Positions 52,721 through 61,663 of a stretch of DNA of 64,000 bases are shown piece by piece (position 1 is the first letter of the stretch; each line of letters begins with the position of its first letter). The stretch comes from a virus. The DNA lies in IMG/VR virus record IMGVR_UViG_3300014720_000019, positions 43,116 through 107,115 of that record, one strand, 5' to 3'. A program made the translations under genes and the position numbers. The notes beneath the pieces were generated by a model, which was not told the DNA's origin, did not search any database, and saw only the letters and a program-made list of their open reading frames with translations.

Positions 52721-53557
52721 TTATTTGTTTATTAAACGTAATAAAAACTTATAGAATTTAACAGGGCTTCTCTTAACTGTTTTTATACTATTATGCAACC
52801 AATTAGTCTTTAGTATAAGAGTTTGTAATGTATCTTCTAGTAAAGCAACAGTTGTATTAAACCTATTTAATGTTTGTCTATCATCCTCATAATTTATAGT
52901 AGGAGTAATAACCCAATGAAGCTCAATAATTCCATATATTTGTTCTTTATAGCCTAATAACTTATAAGACTTTGATTGAAGTCCAAGCTTATCTAAATAT
53001 TGATCACCCTTACTATTAAGTTCTGTTTTATCTATTCTTTGAAACTCTCTAGTTGAGCCTAATAGTATTTCATCTTTTATATAGTCAATAGGTATGTTTT
53101 GTATGTCATTTTTAGTAGATGATACTTTATTACTAACAACTTCATAAATTATACTAAACTTCATTAGATGTGCTCTAGTATGATCATATGTACCATTATG
53201 AATTTTACCAATTGCAACTCTATCAGCTCCTGTAATACCTAGTAATTGATTCATCAGATCATCTAATCTATCTAGTAATATTAAATCCTTCTTAGTTATA
53301 AAATTATAACTCTCCTCTACTTTTTGAGGAAGAGCTAATAAACCAGTAATAAATGATATTAGGTCATTTAACTTTTGTATTCCAAATACAAATATTAATA
53401 TATATAATAAAAGATTTGTATCAGAGTAGTCTTCTAATCCCATAGTTCTTTTTATATCATGTAATAAACTAGGCTCCTCTTTTATCTCATATGATTTATT
53501 GTTATTAGTATTATTAGTATGGCTATTTATATTATGTTGATGGGTATATTTAGTCAT
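52721..53557 (-). CDS. Membrane-anchored GAF-like protein, holin candidate
   Basis: Hydrophobic LLLYILIFVFGI segment, then GADRVAIGKIHNG...KFSIIYE...IYGIIELHW GAF-like pattern and a basic C-terminus. Confidence 0.5.
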   Translation of the reverse strand: MTKYTHQHNINSHTNNTNNNKSYEIKEEPSLLHDIKRTMGLEDYSDTNLLLYILIFVFGIQKLNDLISFITGLLALPQKVEESYNFITKKDLILLDRLDDLMNQLLGITGADRVAIGKIHNGTYDHTRAHLMKFSIIYEVVSNKVSSTKNDIQNIPIDYIKDEILLGSTREFQRIDKTELNSKGDQYLDKLGLQSKSYKLLGYKEQIYGIIELHWVITPTINYEDDRQTLNRFNTTVALLEDTLQTLILKTNWLHNSIKTVKRSPVKFYKFLLRLINK

Positions 53558-53740
53558 AAATTCTTTGTATAGTTTTGTTATACGTTATAACATTTATATA
53601 AAGGAATATACTAAGACATAATATTTATTAGTTGGTTTAATGAACTAATAATAGGTCCAAATAACACTATAAATATGCCATATTTATAGATATAAAATAT
53701 GTTATATAGTTTATATAACAATATTAATAACAATAATCAG

Positions 53741-53887
53741 ATGGCAACCAAACAACCAGAACCTAAAGCCCTTTTTGCTAAAGGCCCCACCAAAGGAACA
53801 AAGATAAATACAAAGAAAACCAATAGCAAGGGTAATGTAAAAGCTAAACTAAGCTCTAGCTATACAAAAGGTAAATGCTCAATGTAG
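53741..53887 (+). CDS. Small Lys-rich basic protein (48 aa)
   Basis: MATKQPEPKALFAKGPTKG... is a higher-GC island in AT-rich intergenic DNA and has its own terminator. Confidence 0.55.
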   Translation: MATKQPEPKALFAKGPTKGTKINTKKTNSKGNVKAKLSSSYTKGKCSM

Positions 53888-53913
53888 TAGTCAATACTAA
53901 ATAAATAACAAAT

Positions 53914-53949
53914 AATAAAAGAAGGAGATATTACACTCCTTCTTTTATT
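53914..53949. terminator. Bidirectional intrinsic terminator
   Basis: aataaaagaaggag / ctccttcttttatt between convergent genes. Confidence 0.85.
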
Positions 53950-53968
53950 GTTATTATAAGTTATAAAA

Positions 53969-54376
53969 CTAATAAATATAAGTACCAAGATAGAAATTAA
54001 GAGGCGTTGTTTTATCCTTATTAGCATCCCTTAATATATTAACAGCAGTATAATAAGCTTCTGAATCATCATTAAAGAACAACTCACTATTAACCCATAT
54101 AATATTAACTTGTAGTCCCTTATCAACAGCATCTATAACACTAGTAAAAGGACTAATAATATGCTCAATTACTGTTGGATTATTGTTAGTCCATATATCA
54201 ATAATATCTCCTAAACACTCATCTAATGCATCATAGTTACGATCATAATACTCAGGAAACTTTAATAGCAGTCCAATTTCAGTTAAGAACTCTTTCTTAT
54301 TAGATATCTTATTACCATCTAATATAAGATAAACATTAGTTAGATCTGTCTTATTAACTGTGTTACTTGATGTCAT
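53969..54376 (-). CDS. Barstar-family ribonuclease inhibitor
   Basis: LDGNKI....F......L.FPEYYDRNYDALDECL.D matches the barstar FP.YYG.N.DAL.D.L signature. Confidence 0.85.
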   Translation of the reverse strand: MTSSNTVNKTDLTNVYLILDGNKISNKKEFLTEIGLLLKFPEYYDRNYDALDECLGDIIDIWTNNNPTVIEHIISPFTSVIDAVDKGLQVNIIWVNSELFFNDDSEAYYTAVNILRDANKDKTTPLNFYLGTYIY

Positions 54377-54585
54377 TTAGTACTTCCTTTCTTCTTTCTA
54401 ATACTAACTTTTACTTCAATTAACTCTAAGTCTTGTAACTCTTTAATAGCTCTGTTAACCTCATTAGGAGTTAATCTACATTTAACTCCTTGCTCTACAA
54501 CATCAACATACTTAGTAGTACTATATAAAGAGTAGTATAAAATTGCCGCCTCTTTTGACAGCAACTTATCTGTTAAAGTAATCAT
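54373..54585 (-). CDS. Small winged-helix DNA-binding protein
   Basis: LSKEAAILY...LTPNEVNRAIKELQDLELI. Confidence 0.65.
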   Translation of the reverse strand: MITLTDKLLSKEAAILYYSLYSTTKYVDVVEQGVKCRLTPNEVNRAIKELQDLELIEVKVSIRKKKGSTK

Positions 54586-55157
54586 TGTTTAACTACTGTA
54601 TATAAGAAATTATCAAACTCAAATGATACAAGCTTTCTTAGATCAACAGTTCTAATATTACTACCATTTTTACCATCTGGCTCCTCATTATCATAGACTA
54701 ATATAGATCCTAAACCTAATGTATTTGGACTATAAACAGTACCATTAATAGTTCTAATATTACCATCCTTTTTAATAAAAGTAATAGTAATATTATCATC
54801 CTTCTTTAAATCATTAATAATCTCTAAAGCATCAGCTAGGCTAACATTAGTATTAGTAGTTTTTATATCATCGTTATCATTAAACTCAACAGTGTTTAAA
54901 TAATATGTTCTATAAGTACCATTATCTGTATAACTAAAGTAGCTATTATCAGCTAAGAACTCCATACTATCAGACACAATATCTTGAGTGATAATAGGTC
55001 TAACATCAATATTACCAAAGTCAATAGTTGCATGTCTAGTTCTTAGTTCATTCTTAATATCAAGTGTAGTAGTTGAGCCTTTCTCTTTAATTAATCTAAT
55101 AGCAGTTGCTAGAACTAGATCATTATAAAACTCTGTTAAACCATAATATGTACTCAT
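54582..55157 (-). CDS. Protein with N-terminal wHTH-like and C-terminal WYL/SH3-like domain
   Basis: TTTLDIKNELR; ITFIKKDGNIRTING...VYD.E....IRTVDL pattern of WYL-type SH3 folds. Confidence 0.55.
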   Translation of the reverse strand: MSTYYGLTEFYNDLVLATAIRLIKEKGSTTTLDIKNELRTRHATIDFGNIDVRPIITQDIVSDSMEFLADNSYFSYTDNGTYRTYYLNTVEFNDNDDIKTTNTNVSLADALEIINDLKKDDNITITFIKKDGNIRTINGTVYSPNTLGLGSILVYDNEEPDGKNGSNIRTVDLRKLVSFEFDNFLYTVVKQ

Positions 55158-55179
55158 TACATTATATTCCTTTTATTTA

Positions 55180-56364
55180 TTACAACCAAATTATATATTC
55201 TAAATAACATTGTTCTTCTTTATAAATAATGATTTCACTGTTTAATAAACCATTACCCGCCTCAACAAAAGTACTATCATAGCCCCTCTTATTAAGCTCA
55301 TTAAAAGACAGATTAAAGTCATTACCTGTATACCAACCTTTATATATGTATGGGGTGCCAACATATACCTTGTATATTAAAAGCACCTTATCATTATCAT
55401 AGCCAGTATATCCTAATGACTTACTAGTAACTTCAGAGAAGTATATTCCATCTCCGTATACCTTACCAGAGAAGTGATAATTACCACTAGGTCTTATCTT
55501 CATCCCTTGTTCAATGATAGGTATAACAGATGAGCATCTAGTACCATGTATTAAGTATCTATGACCGCTACTAATGTCTTTATTATTAGCTTCTAAGTAG
55601 TTATAATACTTATTCTTGTGTCTTTCAATGTCAACTTTAAATAAGGCTCTAATCTTATTACCTAGCTGCTTAGTAATATAAGTAATGTTGCTAGGATAGT
55701 CTTTTACAATATCAATTGTTATATTTAGACTAGAAGCAATACTATTAATAACTGGCTTCTCATTACAATCTTCTACATTATTACTAATATCTTCTATGAC
55801 TTGAGAGGCCAATGCATCTAACTTATCTTGTTCTTGTTCTACTAGTTTATTCAAAGATATGTTAGGTAGTAAGTAGTCCTGTACCTTTCTCATATATCTA
55901 GGAATAACAGTATACAACTTTAACAATAAATCATTAACTTGTTGTATATCATAATTATCACCAACTTGGGCCAAATCATTAATATATAGTTGAGCTTGTT
56001 CTAATTGTCTTCTAGTAACTTGATTAGCTTTAACACTGTAAGTAGTAGATACAAGACCATCTCTATACTCCATCATCTTCTTTAAGAAGACATCATATAG
56101 TTCTTGTGTATATATAATGTTATTAGTAGGCCCGTCTTCAGTAACAGTAACAGCAACAAACTCAGTAACATCAACATATCCCTTCTTTATCTTACTTTTA
56201 ATTAAAGATGACCACTGATGTAAAGGTTTAGTTATCTCAATACAACTCTGATCAACTCTGCCATATTTAACTTGTATATGATCACTTGTCTCTTGCATCT
56301 CATAATACTTATTATGATTATCTTCTGTGGTCATAACAAGTCTACAGAATCTATACTGTGACAT
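55180..56364 (-). CDS. WGR-domain poly(ADP-ribose) polymerase-like protein
   Basis: WGR: HNKYYEM...VKYGRV...KSKIKKGY. Helical domain: LYTVIPR. Catalytic domain: LIHGT, GKVYGDGIYFS...KSLGY, YDS, LLNSEIIIYKEEQ (H-Y-E triad). Confidence 0.9.
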   Translation of the reverse strand: MSQYRFCRLVMTTEDNHNKYYEMQETSDHIQVKYGRVDQSCIEITKPLHQWSSLIKSKIKKGYVDVTEFVAVTVTEDGPTNNIIYTQELYDVFLKKMMEYRDGLVSTTYSVKANQVTRRQLEQAQLYINDLAQVGDNYDIQQVNDLLLKLYTVIPRYMRKVQDYLLPNISLNKLVEQEQDKLDALASQVIEDISNNVEDCNEKPVINSIASSLNITIDIVKDYPSNITYITKQLGNKIRALFKVDIERHKNKYYNYLEANNKDISSGHRYLIHGTRCSSVIPIIEQGMKIRPSGNYHFSGKVYGDGIYFSEVTSKSLGYTGYDNDKVLLIYKVYVGTPYIYKGWYTGNDFNLSFNELNKRGYDSTFVEAGNGLLNSEIIIYKEEQCYLEYIIWL

Positions 56365-56390
56365 TGTTTATTACTGTTTATACTTATTAA

Positions 56391-56750
56391 TTACCATACT
56401 TCCCACTCTAATACATAGCCCTCTTGTTTAGCTCTTTGTATAGCATCATCTAAGCTCTTTATTAATCTATCACTAGTCTTAGTATAACCAACAATGTATT
56501 TATCACATGTACAATCTTCAGGACTACTCCAGCATAATAGTTTTGCATCTTGAGCATTAATACTATTATCAACATCCCACCAATAAATAGGATTTGGTTC
56601 CCAGTTACACTCAATTTCTAATTGTCTTATATAAGTACAATAAGCAGTATATGGATCACTTGATCTAGCAATAATAGAAGCATGAGGCTCCTTTATTTGT
56701 AGAATATCAATATAATTAAGACCAGCTTGTAAATGTAAATTAAGACTCAT
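56391..56750 (-). CDS. Hypothetical protein
   Basis: 119-aa ORF in operon. Confidence 0.65.
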   Translation of the reverse strand: MSLNLHLQAGLNYIDILQIKEPHASIIARSSDPYTAYCTYIRQLEIECNWEPNPIYWWDVDNSINAQDAKLLCWSSPEDCTCDKYIVGYTKTSDRLIKSLDDAIQRAKQEGYVLEWEVW

Positions 56751-57493
56751 TTTATCTTTTTATAGTTGTTATCTTTAACAAGATTATATACACCATACTT
56801 CTCTAATATAACTCTTTCAAGTATGTGTATATTGTATCCATCTTCAAAGTTATATAAGGCGCTACAAGTAATAGGACATTGGGTTATTAGTATATCTTTT
56901 ATTGCTTCTGCTATAAGTCTGATCTCTTTTTGGGCCGTCTTATGCAGTCTAACATTAAGCATTGTAATCCAAGATCTAATACTACCTTCCATATGTAATA
57001 CAGTAGTTGTACACTCTGGTAGTATAAACCTTGCACACTCTTTAGCAACGCCTTGATCAATAAGATGTGAGTAGTAAGTAAAGTTATCATCAATAGCACC
57101 ATTTACTAATTCATATGCAATATCTGATTCATACAAATCAGTACTACTTTGTCTATTAGACTTAGATTGTAATCTAAGTTCAACACCTTCCCAATCTAGT
57201 ACTTCTTTGTATCTCTGTGATAGCTCTTGAGGATGTATAGAAGCATGTCTTAATAACTCTCTACCCATAGCCCTAGACGTTGTTATCTCAAAGCCTAAAT
57301 GACACTGATCAAATACAGACCAATGTCCATTAACAATGCAATGTCTAAGTAGTTTATGTGACTCATCAAACAACTCATTAATCTCTCTAGAACTACTAGC
57401 TCTGGCTTTGCCTACTAATATTTCATCAATAGTCTTCTGATAGTATTCTGTACCTTCAACACCCTCTGTTCTAGTTAATAATCTAACTTGCAT
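56747..57493 (-). CDS. thyX: Flavin-dependent thymidylate synthase
   Basis: GHWSVFD, RELLRH...QELSQRY, KECARFILP, G..RSW and AQKEIR. Confidence 0.93.
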   Translation of the reverse strand: MQVRLLTRTEGVEGTEYYQKTIDEILVGKARASSSREINELFDESHKLLRHCIVNGHWSVFDQCHLGFEITTSRAMGRELLRHASIHPQELSQRYKEVLDWEGVELRLQSKSNRQSSTDLYESDIAYELVNGAIDDNFTYYSHLIDQGVAKECARFILPECTTTVLHMEGSIRSWITMLNVRLHKTAQKEIRLIAEAIKDILITQCPITCSALYNFEDGYNIHILERVILEKYGVYNLVKDNNYKKIK

Positions 57494-57495
57494 TG

Positions 57496-58041
57496 TTATA
57501 CCCCACCACTACTAGCAAACCCACCCTCACCTCTTTCAGTTGGAGGTAACTCATCAACAAACTCAACCTTACAACCATAACCATTAGGATTAACAAGTTG
57601 TACTAATCTTGTACCAGCTTTAATAGAAACAAACTCTTTACCAGTAATAGGACAAACACTAATACTATTAAGTTCATCTACTGTTGGATTAGTAGATAAT
57701 ATATGATCAATCAAAGCAATGATGTTACCTCTATATAAATCAATAGTACCCACTTCATTACTCAATCTAAATGATGTCTTAGCACCTGTTCCAGACCTTA
57801 GTCTAAGATCATATCCAACCTCATGTTCAGTGCCATCATCATATGTATAGTAGCCAGCCACTTGTATTTGATGATCAATCTTATTACCAGTAGTTCCTCT
57901 ATAAATCTTATAATAGCTAGGAACAATAAGGTCAACACCTCTATCACCAAACTTATAATTAGTAGCAATATGATTGATGTATTGTTGTTTTAACTCTTCA
58001 TCTTTAACAACAAATCTAAATGTAATATCTTGTCTATTCAT
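57496..58041 (-). CDS. dut: dUTPase
   Basis: GVDL, RSG, GTID.YRG, RLVQL, RGEGGFASSG (motifs I-V). Confidence 0.9.
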   Translation of the reverse strand: MNRQDITFRFVVKDEELKQQYINHIATNYKFGDRGVDLIVPSYYKIYRGTTGNKIDHQIQVAGYYTYDDGTEHEVGYDLRLRSGTGAKTSFRLSNEVGTIDLYRGNIIALIDHILSTNPTVDELNSISVCPITGKEFVSIKAGTRLVQLVNPNGYGCKVEFVDELPPTERGEGGFASSGGV

Positions 58042-58080
58042 CTTGTTATAACTATGTAATGTGTTTAATTAAATAACAAA

Positions 58081-58326
58081 TTAAATATATATATGGCCCT
58101 TTCTATATTTATCACATAAGTCACTAATAAGTTGGGGTGTTGGTTCTAAATCACATATATTAAACAAGCCATACATATTGTTAAAGGGCAAACTCTTAAT
58201 AACAACCTCTTCTTCTGTTGCACAAGGACATGTTATAGACCAACTCATAAAGTCATGTGGTCTACCTGCTAACTCTATAGAAACAACCTGATTACAAACA
58301 GTACAATATACCTTATGTTTACTCAT
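58081..58326 (-). CDS. Small zinc-ribbon-like protein
   Basis: CTVC...CPC cysteine pairs. Confidence 0.55.
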   Translation of the reverse strand: MSKHKVYCTVCNQVVSIELAGRPHDFMSWSITCPCATEEEVVIKSLPFNNMYGLFNICDLEPTPQLISDLCDKYRKGHIYI

Positions 58327-58408
58327 ATGTATAACTTAATCTATCTCTATAACTCATTAACTCATTCAATACCTTCATATACACATACCTATTAGGCAAT
58401 GTTTCCAC
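58319..58408 (-). CDS. Unlisted 29-aa ORF (METLPNRYVYMKVLNELMSYRDRLSYTYE)
   Basis: GTG start with AGGAGA RBS upstream. The stop overlaps the next ATG (ATGAGTAA). Confidence 0.45.
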   Translation of the reverse strand: METLPNRYVYMKVLNELMSYRDRLSYTYE

Positions 58409-58474
58409 TATAATTCTCCTATTATTTTACTCTACTAATATGATTACATATGTGTTGTGACTTTATAAAAGGCC

Positions 58475-58816
58475 ATGTTTATAACAGATGAGATTCAACA
58501 CTTTGTTAGTAATAATCAACCAACATCTAAGTCATTCTATACTAAATTATATAAGTTATTCTTTAAGCATTATATATTACAAGAAACATTTTATAGATGT
58601 GTATACTGTGGCTCCCTGGCAACAACCTTAGATCACATAATACCTAAGACAAAAGGAGGCCAAACATTACACTCAAATCTAGTAGGATGTTGTGTTAGAT
58701 GTAATAAAGATAAAGGTACTAACAAATGGAATGATTGGTATAAACAACAGCCTTATTATAATGAGTCTAGTTATAACTACATATGTAATAGAATTAACCT
58801 AACCACACACCACTAA
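58475..58816 (+). CDS. HNH endonuclease
   Basis: CVYCG...TLDHIIPK.KGG....NLV.CC..CN..KG...W..WY..Q. Confidence 0.9.
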   Translation: MFITDEIQHFVSNNQPTSKSFYTKLYKLFFKHYILQETFYRCVYCGSLATTLDHIIPKTKGGQTLHSNLVGCCVRCNKDKGTNKWNDWYKQQPYYNESSYNYICNRINLTTHH

Positions 58817-59324
58817 CTATATTCTTCTTAATCAACTCATCTGCAAATATATATACATCTTGTGTCTTCCATTTGCACTTAAAGTTCTTTGTCTTATATA
58901 TACAATCAACTGTCCTTAAAAGATGATTATAAAAACCCTCTTTTGCTTTAACAGGTTGCATTGTGTCTCTAATATCAAACGTCATTGGATGAAATAAGAC
59001 ATATATATGTGGATAAATATATGTATCACATTGAGTAAATAACATATATGTAGCACAACTACTTAATCCAAGAGTACCAATTATATTAATAGCTTTATAA
59101 TTTAAGTTTAAATAGTTATATAACATTAGAGCTGCTGTAACAATTCCACCGTCACTACTAATAAAAAGATTAATCTTCTTATTATCATTATCAAAGTATA
59201 GAGTTATAAGTTGTTCTAATTCTTTTATTAGATTATTAACACCAATAATTGTTATATGACCTGTATACCAAACATCATTACCCACCACATTAATATGTGG
59301 CTCCCAATCTTCTTTTGTACTCAT
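58794..59324 (-). CDS. ClpP-like serine protease
   Basis: INLFISSDGG.V, SSCAT (Ser), LFHP (His), QDVY..ADE (Asp). Confidence 0.75.
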   Translation of the reverse strand: MSTKEDWEPHINVVGNDVWYTGHITIIGVNNLIKELEQLITLYFDNDNKKINLFISSDGGIVTAALMLYNYLNLNYKAINIIGTLGLSSCATYMLFTQCDTYIYPHIYVLFHPMTFDIRDTMQPVKAKEGFYNHLLRTVDCIYKTKNFKCKWKTQDVYIFADELIKKNIVSGVWLG

Positions 59325-59341
59325 ATTACTATTTACATAAC

Positions 59342-59554
59342 CTATGATGTTATTACAACTCTAGATACATGATTAACCTTTTCAACTCTAATAAGAGGAT
59401 AATAATAGTATCTTGCCCTTGGTATCTTATCACTATGAACTACAAGTTCAACTGGTGTATCATCACCCAACTTATTAGCTAATCTTTCCAACTCATTTAT
59501 AAGTTGTCTAACTGTTTTATCTGCTATTATATTACTCAAAACAAACCTCCACAT
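59342..59554 (-). CDS. Hypothetical protein
   Basis: TVRQLINELE...GDDTPV pattern common in small phage proteins. Start uncertain. Confidence 0.55.
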   Translation of the reverse strand: MWRFVLSNIIADKTVRQLINELERLANKLGDDTPVELVVHSDKIPRARYYYYPLIRVEKVNHVSRVVITS

Positions 59555-59564
59555 TAAATAAAAA

Positions 59565-60041
59565 CTAATTAGTAAAGTAGTAACTATCTTTAAATAGAAG
59601 ACTCATATCAGTTAGCAACTGTGGTAATTTATCCCACCCTTCTAACACACTATCTAAACCAATAAAGTCTTTACTATAAGACATATCATCAATACCAAAC
59701 AATGTAATAGTATACAACTCTAGATTAGATTCACATTTATATATGGTGCCTTGTACCCAACAGCTACCATCTGGTTGTCTTGGTCCACAAAACATAGTAC
59801 AAATATCATCACTAACTTCAAATAGTGATGATTTTATATATCTACAATCACTATGTTTATTAACTACTAATAAATCATTACTACCTGCCAGCCAGCCTGT
59901 AACCTTATAATTAAGCCAAGTACATCCACTTCTTATAACACCATTCTCTCTATAAGCTTTAGCATTATATTCTTGTCTCCAATCACCCCATTCTTTAGGA
60001 TAATACTCATCAAACCATTCCTCTTCAGTTAGTACTAACAT
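59565..60041 (-). CDS. Hypothetical protein
   Basis: 158-aa Trp-rich ORF in operon. Confidence 0.65.
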   Translation of the reverse strand: MLVLTEEEWFDEYYPKEWGDWRQEYNAKAYRENGVIRSGCTWLNYKVTGWLAGSNDLLVVNKHSDCRYIKSSLFEVSDDICTMFCGPRQPDGSCWVQGTIYKCESNLELYTITLFGIDDMSYSKDFIGLDSVLEGWDKLPQLLTDMSLLFKDSYYFTN

Positions 60042-60045
60042 TATG

Positions 60046-61251
60046 TTATATATCCTCTCTTGCTAACTGTTTAACCTTACCAAATCTAGGAACACCATCA
60101 TCTGTTAACTCAAAGTATTTAACAGTGGTTGGCTTACCAATATACATATGTTTATTAGTTAACCAATAAGCACACTCTTCATATGTGCCAACAATATCAG
60201 CTTCAAAACCATCAAACACAGCTATTCTTGCTTTACCAGACCAATTACCTCTACCTTCTAATATATCTAATAAGATATATTCAGAGTCAATCCAATCTTT
60301 TCTCTTTAATAAGTACTTAGTTCTTTTATTAATATATGGCTGATTAAACTTTATAATCATACCCTCATAGTTATCTTGAATAAAGCCTTTATACATATTA
60401 TCTAAGAGTAAGATATTACTAATAGGACAAGTGGTTTGCCCAACTAAGAATAGATTAGGACTGATTAGATTCATATCAATAAACCAATTTATTAGATCAG
60501 TATATCTATCTTCAAAACGCTTATTACTAATATAATCAAACACATTATAACTAAGTAGTTTAGAGTCTAATTTATCTTCTACATCCTTAGATTGTCTTCT
60601 ATTATATTTAACATTTAACACTTCATCGGTATTATACTCTCTTCTAAAGATAGACATAATATCACTAAAGGTTAGATCATTATGATTATATAACTCACCA
60701 TCTAATACAACGTCTGGATACATAACAAAGAAGTCTTTTAAAGCCTCATTAATATGATCACAAGACTTAATCTCATCACCTGTTCTTGTAAACAAACCCT
60801 TCTTAATAGCAAGACATCTACCACCATCTAACTTAGATGATAAATATACAATTTCATCTTCATTGCTAACTAACTTATCTAACTTATCTTTATAATCTTT
60901 CCAGTCATAAGCCAACATAGGTTTAATTAAAGTACTACTATCAATATTATTAGTAGACTCAAAGTAACCCTCTTTTAACTTCTTAGTATAGTTATTATCA
61001 ACTTCATATTCAGCTTGTTCTGGCCCTAATCTTTGATTCTTCTTACCAATGTTTTTAGGCTTAGCAACGGTCCAATCACTAACTTGTAACTTACCTTCTA
61101 ATTGACCAATAACACTTCTATATCTATCATCTAATAACTCTTGGCCCCATATTTGAATAGCACCTGTACTAGTTCTTTTATATAGCCATTTAATACTATT
61201 AACATCAATGTTATAACTAGCTAATGTATCTATATCTTTTATATTAGTCAT
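60046..61251 (-). CDS. lig: ATP-dependent DNA ligase with N-terminal WGR-like domain
   Basis: KPMLA, SKLDGGR (motif I), LDGELY, VFD, YEGMI, KR...LLKRK and VPRFG. ATG at 61251 is preceded by AGGGAGAG. Confidence 0.9.
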   Translation of the reverse strand: MTNIKDIDTLASYNIDVNSIKWLYKRTSTGAIQIWGQELLDDRYRSVIGQLEGKLQVSDWTVAKPKNIGKKNQRLGPEQAEYEVDNNYTKKLKEGYFESTNNIDSSTLIKPMLAYDWKDYKDKLDKLVSNEDEIVYLSSKLDGGRCLAIKKGLFTRTGDEIKSCDHINEALKDFFVMYPDVVLDGELYNHNDLTFSDIMSIFRREYNTDEVLNVKYNRRQSKDVEDKLDSKLLSYNVFDYISNKRFEDRYTDLINWFIDMNLISPNLFLVGQTTCPISNILLLDNMYKGFIQDNYEGMIIKFNQPYINKRTKYLLKRKDWIDSEYILLDILEGRGNWSGKARIAVFDGFEADIVGTYEECAYWLTNKHMYIGKPTTVKYFELTDDGVPRFGKVKQLAREDI

Positions 61252-61324
61252 TACTACTCTCCCTATACTTCTTTGTAAATCTTTTACCATTAAATGTGTG
61301 AGTACAACAATCACAACTAGGCTT

Positions 61325-61663
61325 TTATGTTGTCTCATTTATATTAGGATCAACCACTCTTAACACACCTTTATCATCAACATATAAAGTACTGTAATAA
61401 CTACTCTCACCAACTCTTACATATGGAGTAATATTAGTTACATCTTTATCTCTGCTAACAATATAGTAAATAGGTATAACACTATTAAGTCTAGCCTTTG
61501 CCTCTTTAAACACATCTGACCAAGATTGACCCACCTTACTCAATAAAAACTTATATAAAGGGGTGTAATCAAAGCCATTACTAGGAGCATTATGACAAGT
61601 AGTATTATGCTTTCTATATAGTCTAGACTTATATTTATTAAATATCATGTTGTATAAGCTCAA
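61325..61663 (-). CDS. Hypothetical protein, apparently truncated by TAA (frame continues to 61244)
   Basis: DYTPLYKFLLSKVG..W...YVRVGESSYYS.LYVD. In-frame continuation reads KPSCDCCTHTFNGKRF. Confidence 0.6.
   Translation of the reverse strand: MSLYNMIFNKYKSRLYRKHNTTCHNAPSNGFDYTPLYKFLLSKVGQSWSDVFKEAKARLNSVIPIYYIVSRDKDVTNITPYVRVGESSYYSTLYVDDKGVLRVVDPNINETT

Noticed and set aside
53969-54376. NuiA inhibitor of the NucA domain
   Set aside because: The motif is barstar-type, not recognisably NuiA.
56747-58041. Modified-base (e.g. uracil-DNA) pathway
   Set aside because: thyX plus dUTPase indicate ordinary dTTP supply, and no base-modifying enzymes were recognised in the window.
61252-61338. 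N-terminal extension of the ligase as the main start
   Set aside because: The RBS at ATG 61251 is better, and the region reads more plausibly as the upstream gene's C-terminus.
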